A stretch of DNA of 64,000 nucleotides, taken from positions 22,878,001 through 22,942,000 of the forward strand of contig OX638164.1 of assembly GCA_951804945.1 (NCBI GenBank), written 5' to 3'. Positions 25,180-37,665 of this stretch are shown here, in pieces; the first letter of the stretch is position 1; each line of letters opens with the position of its first letter. The position numbers and the translations under genes were made by a program. This DNA comes from Podarcis cretensis. Taxonomy: Eukaryota. The notes beneath the pieces are model-generated. The model made no database searches, was not told the DNA's origin, and saw only the letters and a program-made list of their open reading frames with translations.

Positions 25180-25850
25180 TCTTCAAAAATTTTTTATTCA
25201 TTTTATAACACAAATAAAGAACACAAGCAAAAAAAACAAACAATACAAACAAATTCTTGTCATATAATTATTTTTCTAAACATTGTTAAGTACGCTTCCC
25301 CAGGTCCCACCTATCTGATTTTCATTTTACTTCATCTTTAGCAGTTTACATATATAATAGTTTTTAACCATCTTTTTTTAAAATCACTCTTAAAATAACT
25401 TCACTTTTTATCACTTTCAGATAATACTATTTTAAAATACACTATCTTCTACTTCTAACCCTACAGCCTATATCAACTTCCAAAGGTATTCAAAGCTTTA
25501 AATATTAACATATTTTTTTCAAATATTCCTTAAACTTCTTCCAGTGTCTCTTCTCTCTGGTCTCGGAGTCTCCCGGTCAGTTTGGCAAGTTCCATATAGT
25601 CCATCATCTTCATCTGCCATTCTTTGATAGTTGGTAAATCTTGTTTCTTCCAATTCTTCGCTAGCAATATTCTCGCAGCTGTTGTGGCATACAGAAAAAA
25701 AGTAACATCCTTTTTGTGGATTTCAGCCTCCACTATACCAAGTAAAAAGGCTTCTGGGTTTTTTAAAATGTGTGTTTCAACACTTTTTTCAATTCATTAT
25801 AAATCCTTTCCCAGAAGTCTTTTACCTTGGGGCACATCCAATTTTAAAGA
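25180..25850 (-). mobile_element. L1-clade LINE 3' fragment, degraded
   Basis: ORF remnant YATTAARILLAKNWKKQDLPTIKEWQMKMMDYMELA is homologous to the 46382-47155 ORF; AT-rich 3' UTR with AATAAA. Confidence 0.85.
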
Positions 25851-27989
25851 AACTTTGTCAAAGAATGAGGTTCTAACAGCAAACATACTTCCTTGAAAGT
25901 AAAAATGGTTGCCGTTCTTAGCTTGGCGCTGGATTTCTAACCCAGAGCTGGATTCTGTACAAATGGCAGCTTCTCAGAAGAGGAACGCCCCTGACTGCAT
26001 ATTTCCTGCATCATCATTCTCCTCCCATGCTCCTTATTGAAATTGTAATAGGGCAATTTCAAGGCTCCATATTTTAGCAGTAACATCTACTGCAGCTCCT
26101 TTCTGGAAACAGCTGCTGCTGCTGGGGGAGTGATCTGACCACAGTTCATGAAGCTCAGTCATTCATATGTCAGGGAGAGACCTTGGCAGGTGACACTACA
26201 CTATGATGCTCAAAAGGTCCGAGCCTTTTAAAACACACAAATGCATTTTGGGTGCATTTAAACCTCTTGAGTAGCAGATGCACTTTGGAGCAGAAGAAGG
26301 CACGTCCTACAGGAGCTCAAGGTCCTTTGCAATCACCCGCTGCCTGCTTATGCAGAACTGACGGAAGCAATTTAAAGACTTGAGGAGACACAGCGATTTG
26401 CAGTCTCTCTGCCTGGGAGATGGATGGCACATCCCTTCGAGATGATGGCAGAACTCTCCCTCTCTCTCCCTGCATAGCAACTGCTTGCCAGCCGTTCCGC
26501 TTCGGTCTCTTCCAAGGAAAGGGGGATACAATATATTGATCCCTCATCCTGCACACTCTTCCTAGCAAATGACAGATCTGGGAGGTCCCCTTAAAAACAT
26601 CAGAGCCCTCTCTGATCCAGCTTTTTTCTTTTCTGCTCCTAATGTCATTAGACAACAGGAGCAGAATCAGGTCATGTTGAGGAAGCCTATTTAAAAACCA
26701 CCTGCCATATTTTGAAATGCCTGGGCCAGAGAGGCAGAGAGCATCCCACATTTATAAGCCTGACATGTGGCTGTTTCAGGTGAAATCAAGGCAAGCTGGC
26801 CATGTGTTGTGCTCCATGTTCGTTTCAGCCAGGGTGGATAGTGAGATGACGAGACACAGGTTTTAGCAGAAGCTGAATTGTAGCGGAACAGAAACAATGC
26901 AGGTTACATTGAAACCACAGGCTCCATCCATCCCTAAGCATAGACCTATGCACAGTCATTTCTGATGTGTGGGACTTCTAGAAAACCACGTCTTTTCCTT
27001 GGGAAGGCAGAACGTGCTCCAGGTGTGAGAACCTGATGTGGTGGTTTCTTTTTAAAATAAATAAATGTACAGTATTTGTATTTACTTAATCAAGATCATA
27101 TGCTTCAATGGCATATGGAAAGAAAGAAATAAAGGGGTGGGGAACAATGCAATTGAATTAAAATTAAGATTGCACGCAAACACATACAAATGTGGGTCAT
27201 TTGATGCACAATCCCTGGAAATGAAAACATTTATTTATTTATTTATTTATTTGGGAAATAAAAATATTTGTTATTATTGGTGTTGGCAGGGGAAGGTGGT
27301 AATCTTTTTCTTTTAAAAGGTTTGTTTTATTTATAGATATCAGGATATTGTCCTCAAGGTCTTGTGATATTCTCACTGTAGCAATTTCTGATAGCCCACA
27401 GCAAGGTGGGGGTGAGGGGCTGAGTCATCTTCCTGCCTGAGATGTAGAACAAGATGGTATCTCCTCAGCTTGCACACAGGAACTGACCAGACTAGCCGTT
27501 GATTTTTATTATAAGAAAACAGCAGACCCCGGGAGGCACACGGCCCCCTCCTCATGACATCTTGCTGCCCAGTCCCCAGCTTCTGGAGCCTGAAATGCCA
27601 AGCTCGCTCTGCCTAACGGTAGAGCCGGCCCTGTCCCAGGGGACTGTCACAAAGGCACCACACACAGTACTGCTACCCCCCAGGAGGTGAATGAGCTACT
27701 GTACGAGTGGAATGACCTGACAATTAGTGTGTGGGTTTTTTTTTAAGAACTAAACAAAGACTGTATTGTTAGGTCTGGCTGACCATTTAACTGCTAGTGA
27801 CAACACTTGCTAAACTGCACAGTATGGTCCACTGATGTCACTCATGTCACAGTAATTGTTAGGGGACAGTTGGAGAAATCAAGTACTTTGAAAGCGACAG
27901 GCGTCCGATGGAGAAAGTGGCCCTCCCCTCTCCCCGACTAAGGGAAGGAACCTGATGCTAGTGGATGCATGAGAGGAAGAGTGTGAAGA

Positions 27990-28900
27990 ATGAGTATTTT
28001 GCATTTGGACTACCGTGTACACTTCTGGTCACCTCACCTCAAAAAGGGTAATGTAGAGCTGGAAAAGCTTCCGGAAAGGGTATTTGACCAAGGGGCTGGA
28101 GAAACTCCCCATGAGGGAAGGTTCCAGCATTTGGGACTCTTTAGTTTAGAGAAAAAGAGAGTAAGAGGTGACAGGAACGTTGTTGTTGTTGTTTGTTGCT
28201 GCTGCTGCTGCTGCTGTTTAAAAAAGCTATGCGGAGAAAGTAGATAGAGGAAAGTCATAACACAGAACTTGTGGGCACTAGGGCTGGGTGATATATCGAT
28301 ATATTGTCCCAAACCTGCTTAAAGTCCACATCGTGTTCTGGGTTTCATCAATTTTGACCTGACAATATATCGTAAATCATGATGTGCATTAGGGCTGGGC
28401 AATATATCGTCCGAAACCAGTTTCAAGTCCATATCATGATATTGGTTTCAGAATTTCTGACCTGGCAATATATCACAAATCATGATATATTGGGGGGAAA
28501 TCACAATGTGGGGAAAACCGTGAAGCCTCTACATAGTGCCATCCTTATTTCAGACTGTGATATATCAGTATATCGTGATGTTTAGCTGGTGATATATCAC
28601 GAAGATATCGCCCAGCCCTACTGTTCGCCTCTACATAGTTCCATCCTTATTTCAGACATATATCAGTCTATTGTGATGTTTACCTGGTGATCTATTACGA
28701 CGTTGAAAGCCATCTGTCACCCAGCCCTAGTGGATCCCCAATGATGCTGAATGTTGGGAGATAAAATAAAGTACTTCTTCACACAGAACAGAGGTAAGGT
28801 ATGGAAGAGGTAGCAGTGGCCATCAACTTGGATGGCTTTAAAAGAGAATCAAATAAATACATGGAGGAGAAGGCTACAAATGGCTACTAGCCACAGTTAG
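27990..28900 (+). mobile_element. CR1 LINE fragment (RT C-terminus and 3' region) interrupted by MITEs
   Basis: HLDYRVHFWSPHLKKGNVELEK...LGLFSLEKKRVRGD is the typical CR1 ORF2 motif; the element resumes after 28730. Confidence 0.85.
28279..28729. mobile_element. hAT-like MITE with a nested copy of the same family (28390-28620)
   Basis: TIR tagggctggg(t/c)(g/a)atatatcg at 28279 and 28390; cccagcccta ending at 28620 and 28729; degenerate 8-bp flanks gtgggcac/gtggatcc. Confidence 0.7.
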
Positions 28901-29810
28901 TGGCAGTAATGCTTCTGGAAAACACAGGAAGGGAAGAGGGCTCTTCTTGATAGCTTCCCACAGACATCTTGGTGGCCACAGTGAAGATGCTGGACCAGGT
29001 GGGCCATTGGTCTGATCCAGGAGGCTCTTTTTAAGTACCTTTCCCACACACCCCTCCAGCGTGGAGCAAACAGAAAAAGAAGTGGAGAGAAGGAGCTGTG
29101 GATTAGCTCACATGGAAGCCCCCCCCCTTTGGGTTGTGGACCCCTCTGTCTGGGGAACTGATGTAGGGCATTTGATCCATTCCTTGATAATCCTGGTGTC
29201 CGTCTCTCTTTACGCTCCGCTTGCATAGCTGCACATCAAGCAAATATTGCAAATACACACAAGCTGCAATCTATGCACACTTTCCTGGGAGAATAAGTCC
29301 CATTTAACAGAAAAGGCCTTCTCTTTTGAGTAGACATGCATAGGATTCCACATAGACGCTGCACACATATCATAATTCTGCACCACTCTCTCGTTTTAAG
29401 GGAAACAAATCCTGGACAGGCTGCCCTTGGAACTTCTAAACCTTCTTGGGAAAGTGGAGAACAATGGAGCAGTGTTTTCTCCTGACTGGAGGCTGATGCA
29501 GGTATGAGATAAATTGTTCTTTCCTCTTAAAGGAGGGGAGGGGCAGCATCTGTAGGGTCTTTTTCTGGTGCACATGGCTGTGCAAAGTAAAAACATCAAA
29601 GGGGGAGCAGGCTAACTGACCACACAGAAAAATTAGGGGGGAAATAGTACCTATACCAGTAGGGAATGAGTTGAGCCTACATTTTTAAAAATTCAAACTG
29701 TGAAAGACATGGGCCACATTCCCACCATCTATTCAAAGTGCTGTGATGCCCATTTAAACAGACATGACTTCCCTCCAAGAGTTATGGGAGCCGTAGTCCT
29801 TTAAGGGAGC

Positions 29811-30057
29811 TGTTAAGTTGTGGGTGAACATATCAGACGACACAGTGATTCTTCAAGCAGCTCTTGTTTATTCACAGGCCAGAACAGAACTGAACCAAAG
29901 GGTTCAGCCAGCCTGCTTATATAGAGCTCCACTAGAACGCAACAGTAACCATTTTCTGTAACTATCCAATCACTGAATGTCACTTTCAATCCCTTATTTG
30001 CATATGTGGACCTGAGTGAAAACTATCTACAGTATCCCCCTACTTCAGTACATAACA
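29811..30057 (-). mobile_element. Solo LTR
   Basis: TGTTA...TAACA termini; 5-bp TSD ggagc (29806-29810 / 30058-30062); same family as 18561-18828. Confidence 0.85.
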
Positions 30058-31177
30058 GGAGCTAAGAGTTCTTAGGGGACCCTTGATTTCCTCACAGAGA
30101 TACAATTCCTAGACTGGTTTAACCATCAGCCTCTTTCCCCAGGAAACTTTGGGAATTATCTGTGAAGGGAATATGGGTCTCAGCATCTTTAACAAACCAC
30201 GGCTCCCAGAATTTGTTGGGGGAAGCCGTGGCTGAGTTGCTCTCTGGTAGGATCTTATGGCCCTGTTGCTCCCACAGTAAGCTTAATGGATGGGAATCAC
30301 CACCACGAACATCTGCCCTATGCCCAGCTTTCGTATCTGTAAATAAATGCACATATTGCAAAATCCTCCTGTGAACTCATTCCAAAGGAAGCCAATGCAG
30401 GGTATACAGTGGAACCCCTGAAACCTCTCACCGCTTGGAAATTAGAACAGTCTGTGTGGGAAAGTCTGCAGTGAACATTTGGCTAAGGCATTCAAAGAAT
30501 ATCTGTAGTCTTTTTCAGCATGGAAATTCAGAAAGGATAAATTCTGGCCTTTGTGCAGGTCATCAGCTACAAGCAGCTGACTTGAACAATGTTACTTTTC
30601 AGACCAAGGGAGCTTGCATTCCATTTTTACAAAACCTTTCTAATATTTCCAAATCCTCTTTCTGCAAGAAACTTGACTTGGACTGGACAGAGAGTGATGT
30701 TCTTTGCAAAGGAAAGCCTGGAGGCAATAAGATTTTGCATGCAATTTAGTGGTTGCCGCATTATTCACCAAAGGTGACTCCCCTCCCCCCTAAACAGTAT
30801 GGGTTCCTACTTCCCTTGTAAGCCACAAGGAGGGTGAATCAAGGCTTGTCTCCTGATAAAATAATTTGTGAAGTGCCATCCTAAAACAATTTCCTCACAA
30901 TTGTGTGAGGGAAACCCCTTTGGGGTTAATGGAGCTTATGTCTTACTAAGTGTGTTTAGGACCACAGCTGTACTTGGCAAATAATTTAAATTTTGCTATA
31001 GGAAGAGTAAAATCAATGGTAATAAAGAGGTGCTTGTGTATATGCAATGCTTTTTTCCCTAAAAAAATGTTTAGTGGTACTCTCATTTTCCAACTCATAT
31101 TGAAATACTGCCCCACAATGAGGCCAAACTTAGATTCACAAAATGTTTAGGGGTATGCGTACTCCACAGAAAAAGCA

Positions 31178-31190
31178 GTGTGTTTGTGTG

Positions 31191-31242
<52 letters not shown>
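31178..31242. repeat. Compound microsatellite (TG)n(AG)n
   Basis: Seen directly; a similar one lies at 51905-51955. Confidence 0.95.
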
Positions 31243-31246
<4 letters not shown>

Positions 31247-32162
31247 AACATCACCATCTTAAAAGAAGCACGCTTCTTAATGTGGCAGAAAAGGAGCACT
31301 GCTTTTTAAAAATAGCAGTTATGCACCATAGTTTTTTAAATATTTCTTGCATTTATTTCCTACCTTTTCTCCAGGTGGCCTACATGGTTCTCCCCCTCCT
31401 CACTTAATCCCCACAACAACCCTGTGAGGTAGGTCAGGCCGAGAGGCAGTGACTGGCCCAACGTCAGCCTGTGAGCTTCATGACTGAGCTGGGATTATCC
31501 TCTTGGGTTTCTGGGATGGGTCACCAATAGACCTGAACGGAAACACCCACCCTTTTCTTTGCCACCTGTAGCTAGAGACAAACCTCTCTTGCCTAAATGC
31601 AAACCTCTCTGCATGGCGTTTTACATAGAAAGCATTCAGACATAGCATTTTATGCATACTGAACTTATATCTTTAACATACTTAACCATAGCGTACCAGC
31701 AACCTGTCAGGCCAGCATTTCTACCTGAATCTGGTGGCGATATTCTATCTTCACAGTCAGAGGCACGAATGCTTCTGAACACTAGTTTCTGGAAACCACA
31801 GGAGGAGGACAAGGCTCTTGTGCTCAGCTCCTGCTCGCTGGTTTCCCACAGGCATCTGGGTGGCCACTGTTGAGAACAGGAAGCTGGATTAGATAGGCCA
31901 TCGGCTCTGCTTATGTTCTTACATCTAGTCCTTATAATTTGCATTCTAGATCTACTTAGTGCTGCAGATGTTTTAAAGTTTTTTCTAGCACACACACACA
32001 CACACTGTGTGCACACACACACATTATTTTAATCCTTAATGTGTAAAGTGCCCTGGCAAGTCACAACTTACGCAGTGCCAATTAAAGTCCAAAAAATCCC
32101 CCCAAGCCTTTTTATTCTAGGGTAAACACAAGCATAGACCCAAATAATTATCCAATTAATTA

Positions 32163-32529
32163 AAGGTAAAGGTAAAGGTACCCCTGCCCGTACGGGCCAG
32201 TCTTGACAGACTCTGGGGTTGTGCGCCCATCTCACTTAAGAGGCCAGGGGCCAGCGCTGTCCGGAGACACTTCCGGGTCACGTGGCCAGCGTGACATCGC
32301 TGCTCTGGCCAGAGCCAGAGCCAGAGCCGCACACGGAAACGCCGTTTACCTTCCCACTGGTAAGCGGTCCCTATTTATCTACTTGCACCCGGAGGTGCTT
32401 TCGAACTGCTAGGTTGGCAGGCGCTGGGACCGAGCAGCGGGAGCGCACCCCGCCGCAGGGATTTGAACCGCCAACCTTTCAATCGGCAAGTCCTAGGCGC
32501 TGAGGCTTTAACCCACAGCGCCACCTGCG
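32163..32529 (-). mobile_element. Sauria SINE, variant subfamily
   Basis: (aaaggt)n tail, TSD atccaattaatta; diagnostic 3' body shared with 50934-51296. Confidence 0.9.
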
Positions 32530-35489
32530 ATCCAATTAATTACATGCACTTAAAAGGCCACTGGATTGTACCCTTGGAACAGCAGAGACACACGTTGAAG
32601 CATCCACACCATGCCCTGCAACATTTTGCAGTGAAAACAGACACACACTTGTAATGACCGTATTATCATGTCAAGAATCACCACCTGATTTCTTCCCCTC
32701 CTTATACATTCCTAGAAGCTCTATTCGCCCGCAGGACCCTGCATTCATCCCTCCCTGCAATGGCCTCTCATGCCCTGTAACCAGGCCTTGGGCTGATTAA
32801 TGTTCTGTGGCCTTTTAAATGTGTTTGAAGAGAGTGGTAATTGGTTTGTTTTTGTTTTATGATGTATTTTGTGTTCTCATTTTGTATTTTTACGTCGTGA
32901 CTGCCTTGTGGTCTTCGGATGAAGGGCGACATACAAATTCAGTAAATAAATACATAAATAATATAAAATAATATTTCCAAAGCCAAGAAGGTGCCTTGTG
33001 CTGGGAAAGCCTAATTGTGCATGATCTGTAATCAAAAACAGACCATGGCGGCTGCAAGCGCAGAACGGCAGGCTGTGAACATCATGGCGGTGCTTTGGCA
33101 TTCAGGCACTCGGGGATTTAAATCTCAGAGAACCTGGGGAGGGAGCTGAACTCGAAATGAGGGAAAGCTCCGCCTTGGCCCACACCAACAACACTCAAAG
33201 GGTAAAGAATAGGGTCCAGTTAGGGAGAGCGGTTTCCCAGGGTTCAAGAACAAAGAGAAAAGGTGCTGTCTCTGGTAAATGGGCACATGGGCACATATGT
33301 ACACAGACACTGATCACTGCGTGGCAAGGTGTCATTTAGGCAGTTTTCAGGAGCAGCCTGTACCATGATGTTGACAGGATGTCCAGAGGTCCTACTTTGT
33401 TTGTTTGCTTATTCATTCATTCATTCTTGCATTTATATCCCACAATTCCTCCAAGGAGCTCAACAGGGCATTCATGATTCTCCCCTTCTCATTTAATTCC
33501 CACAACAGCCCTGTGAGGTGGGTTAGGCTGAGAGGCAGTGACTGGCCCAATATCACACCCAGTGAGCTTCTTGTCCTGGTAAGGATTCCAACCCTGGTCT
33601 CCTAGGGTCCTGGGATTCTGATCCTAACCACTACACCACACTGGTTCTTAATTGCAGGACTATTGAACCCAAATCTGGTTTAAAGGTAAGAAACCCTAAG
33701 AAGGGAGAACTGCAAAGACTATGGTGTTGCTCGTCAACCATTAGCAAACCCTGGTTGTCTGAAAACTGAGCAGCAGGAGCATAAAAGACATCTGGCTGGC
33801 CACAGTCTTTCTCACTAGGGTAAGATGGGTTGTGTTTCTGTTTAAATTGCAGTACACATTTCTAAGTGTGCATCTGTACATAGAAATCAGCATATGCATA
33901 CCCTCCAATATTTCTCCAATGAAAATGCTGACGTCCTAAGGAAAAGCGGGACATTCCAGGATCAAATCCAAAACCAGGACGGCTTCTGTAAGTCTGGAGC
34001 TGTTCCTGGAAAATAGGGACCCTTGGAGGGTCTGCATATGTAAATTTTATGCAAATCTCCATTCCTTTTTGTTGATGCCCCACTCCCCCACCCCACTGTC
34101 TAAGTAGCCACCACTGGTAACCCACAGTGGAAAGAAAATCCAGCTTGCATAACAGAAGAATTCCTATGAGGTTCTTGCCAGGCATTATGTAGCTGAAACC
34201 TTCGGTAAGTGTATTTACACATAAGCAGGTGCTGTCCCTCCAGCCAGTGCTGGGTTCAATAGCATTTTCTGCCAAGTTAAGGGTGCCTAGGATTGCAGCC
34301 TCAAGAAAACCGTTCTCCTCAGTGTGATCTGCATATTCCTGTGGTTTGACGTGCCGTCGACTGAACTGCAGCTGTGACGTGGGCTCTGTGGCATTGCCAA
34401 GAACAATGTAAACATGCGTTTTTTCCTCCCCTCCTGGGCTGGGAGAGCACTTTGATGTGCTTCCCCTTTGCCAGAACACGAAAGCATTTAATAATTAAAT
34501 GAGCCTACCACCCAGTCCGAAGTGCCAACATGTACACAGACAATGCCAACTGTGAACAACAGACCTCACCGGCAACCTTCTGAGGATGCCCTCCGGGATC
34601 TCAGGTTACAGAATCCATTCAGCTCAGTCCATCAGGCTGTAACATTGCTGCTAGAGTGTCTGATGCTTCACCATGACTGATTCCCTCTCCTAGCCAGTCT
34701 CTTTGATCACTGGTTTCTCTGGGTTGGTTTTGTGGAGTCTAGTGGCTCCAGATGGCTCAATTTTTCCAAGACAGTCCTTTTATTCTGAGTCCCGTCCTTG
34801 GGATATCACTAGGGATGAGTAAATATGTCAGTTTCAGTTTCTCAGGAATCTCAGCACGTGGTCCCTCATCCAATTTGAAGTCATACCAGGCCTTCCTTAG
34901 CCTTGCAAATGTTTTAGCAATTTTATCGCTTCTGAAATGCACCCCATGCATCCACATTAAATGTGGTCAGTAGCTAAGAGCTGTCACATGTCACAAACAT
35001 GTTTCACTATCGCGGCTACAAAAAAAGTAGAGGCAATGTTCTTTTTCATTTGATTATTATACCTCAAGTCCTACTGGTGCTGGTTGGATCTAGAAAGTTC
35101 TGACTTTATATATAAAATATTAAGGCAAGGGTGAGGATCCTGTTGCCTGTTGGATGTTGCTGGACTACAAGTCCTGTAATGCTGTGATCTTGTTGCTCTT
35201 TTAACTTCTGTTGTGGGGACTACAACACCCATTACCCTTGGCAATTGGCCATGCTGACTGAGGCTGATGGGAAAGGGAGTCCAGCAACATCTGGAGGGCC
35301 ACAAGTCCCTCTTCCGAATTCTAGGGGTCCACAGTACCTCCGTGTCAAGACTGAGATGGGAGAAAGGATTATGCGAATCAGAGATTTTTTAAATCCAAGT
35401 CAGCATCTGTTCTCGGATTGATTTTATTTTTTAAAACATTTATCTTATTATTTATATGGGTTATAGCCTACTAAATTCTACTCAGATTA

Positions 35490-35786
35490 AAGGTAAAGGT
35501 ATCCCTGACTCTGGGGTTGTGCACTCACCTCGCTTTATTGGCCGAGGGAGCCGGCGTTTGTCCTCAGACAGCATGACTAAGCCGCTTCTGGTGAACACCG
35601 TTTACCTTCCTGCTGGAGCGGTACCTATTTATCTACTTGCACTTGACGTGCTTTTGAACTGCTAGGTGGGCAGGAGCTGGGACCGAACAACGGGAGCTCA
35701 CCCCGTCGCAGGGATTCGAACCGCCGACCTTCTGATCAGCAAGCCCTAGGCTCTGTGGTTTAGACCACAGCGCCACCTGCGTCCCT
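35490..35786 (-). mobile_element. Sauria SINE with internal deletions
   Basis: TSD tactcagatta (35479-35489 / 35787-35797). Confidence 0.9.
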
Positions 35787-36904
35787 TACTCAGATTAGAT
35801 ATACAGAAATTGATAAATGTAAGTTAGCCAGGTCCATTAAATTGAGTGTGTCTACTCTGAGTAGGAGTAGCATGGGCTACAACTAATGTTTTTATGGAAT
35901 GCTAGAATCGCTTCAAGATTTTTCATAGGAAGCAATTAATAAATGGAAATAATCATAATAATTATATCTTTGCCCTTTAATTCCTGCAGCCTGCCTTCTT
36001 GGTGTTTGCAACTACAGACATCAGAGGGCAGAAACTGAGCTACTCTGTACTCTTGATTGGTGACTAAGGGGATCCCAAGGGATGTTCAGGTAAAAGGGCT
36101 GGGAAGAATTAAGCATTCCTTGAGCAGAGCCGCTCCATCAAAGTCATGTCCTCTGGCCACTGTCTGCACATTTTGTCTTGTGCCATTTCCCAGATGGATG
36201 GAAAGTCAAGCCAGAGACACTCATTGCTGGAGGCAAGAGGAGGCTGGCAAGGAGGTGGGGTGGCAAGATGATATTTCAAGGTTTGCTTATGCATCCTCTT
36301 TGCTGCAGACAGATTAAAAAAGAAGGGATGGGAAGACTATTTCATATCATTAATGGACAAGTACCAACTTTTTGTGGATTAAAAAAAAAAGCCTTCTAAG
36401 GGGAAGGTCAGCCTTGTTGATAATTCAGCTAATCACGAGCTTGCACTTAGAAATCAAACAAAACAGCTCATCTTTCCTTCTCACCTTCTAGGAATATAGA
36501 AAGCTGCCTATATTGAGCTTGGGTGATCTACTGCTGAGTAACTTGCATTCTAGCTGTGGTCATCCACTGCAAAATGGCTTACGAAGTAGACTCCTTTGAA
36601 TGGGTGCCCCCCCCCCAATAAAGACAACATTTATATTGCTCACCGATTGCATTTATATGCTACCTTTCTGCCAGTGGGCTCGAGGCAGTTCAGAGTTCTT
36701 AAAATAAATCTCCCACTTTGTTGAAATCCAGGACTGGAAATGAGGAAAGGAAGAATTTTCCCTTTGAAGTGTGATGTTGTCATAGGATGTCTGCTGAGCC
36801 CTGTAATTATTACCCAATTAGCTGTCTTGAATCATCTGGAGAAAATACTCAAGCAGGGCTTTATCTCATGTGTCCACAGGTGAAATTGCTTAGTTTGGCA
36901 AGCG

Positions 36905-37105
36905 CACAAGGCAGGGCAGGGGCGCCAACTTGGATAAAATATTGTGGGGGGAGGGAGGTAAGCCCCGCCCAGCAAAATCGATCACAAGATGTGGCACACA
37001 CAAACACCATTTGAATGGCGATGCCCATCAACTTTGGGCGGGCCGGCCTCCTTAAATATTTTATTGAGGGGGGAGGGCTGAAGGGACTTTGGGCCCTGTG
37101 ACACA
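36905..37105. mobile_element. Unclassified short repeat (MITE-like); second copy at about 18990-19180
   Basis: Shared gccaacttg(g/a)ataaaatatt...tcgatcaca...atttgaatggc(g/a)atgcc...caacttt...aaata(t/c)tttat. Confidence 0.6.
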
Positions 37106-37363
37106 GGAACTTTCCGGTGGTGGCCCTGCAGTTGTGGAACTCCCTTCCTGTTAAGGGCCCCCCTGGGTTGGTGTTTTATTGCAGGTGTATTCTGTACCCT
37201 ATCACCGGTGCAATAATAGCGCATTAGTGCTGGATTTATACATGACTGTCCACACATAATTCCACTTTATTAGCTGTTCTGCAATGCTTCCCCATTGTTA
37301 CTGCATTAGTGCTCCTGGAAGGGGAACTCTTGTTCTACAGTGCAACAAAAGTAGAACAATATA

Positions 37364-37665
37364 GAGAAGAAGAAGAAGAAGAAGAAGAAGAAGAAGAAGA
37401 AGAAGAAGAAGAAGAAGAAGAAGAGGAGTTTGGATTTGATATTCCACTTTATCACTACCCAAAGGAGTCTCAAAGTGGCTAACATTCTCCTTTCCCTTCC
37501 TCCCCCACAACAAACACTCTGTGAGGTGAGTGGGGCTGAGAGACTTCAGAGAAGTGTGACTGGCCCAAGGTCACCCAGCAGCTGCATGTGGAGCAGTGGG
37601 GAAGCGAACCCGGTTCCCCAGATTACGAGACTACCGCTCTTAACCACTATACCACACTGGCTCCC
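37364..37665 (-). mobile_element. Young MIR/Ther1-derived SINE (Squam3-like) with (CTT)n tail
   Basis: Reverse complement of the 42778-43070 element; long (GAA)n run at 37366-37422. Confidence 0.85.

Noticed and set aside
18561-30057. An 11.5-kb provirus bounded by two LTRs
   Set aside because: Each LTR has its own distinct TSD, and no gag/pol/env remnants were seen between them.
33862-34479. 205-aa minus-strand ORF
   Set aside because: No recognisable domain, partly repeat-derived, no convincing splice or start context.
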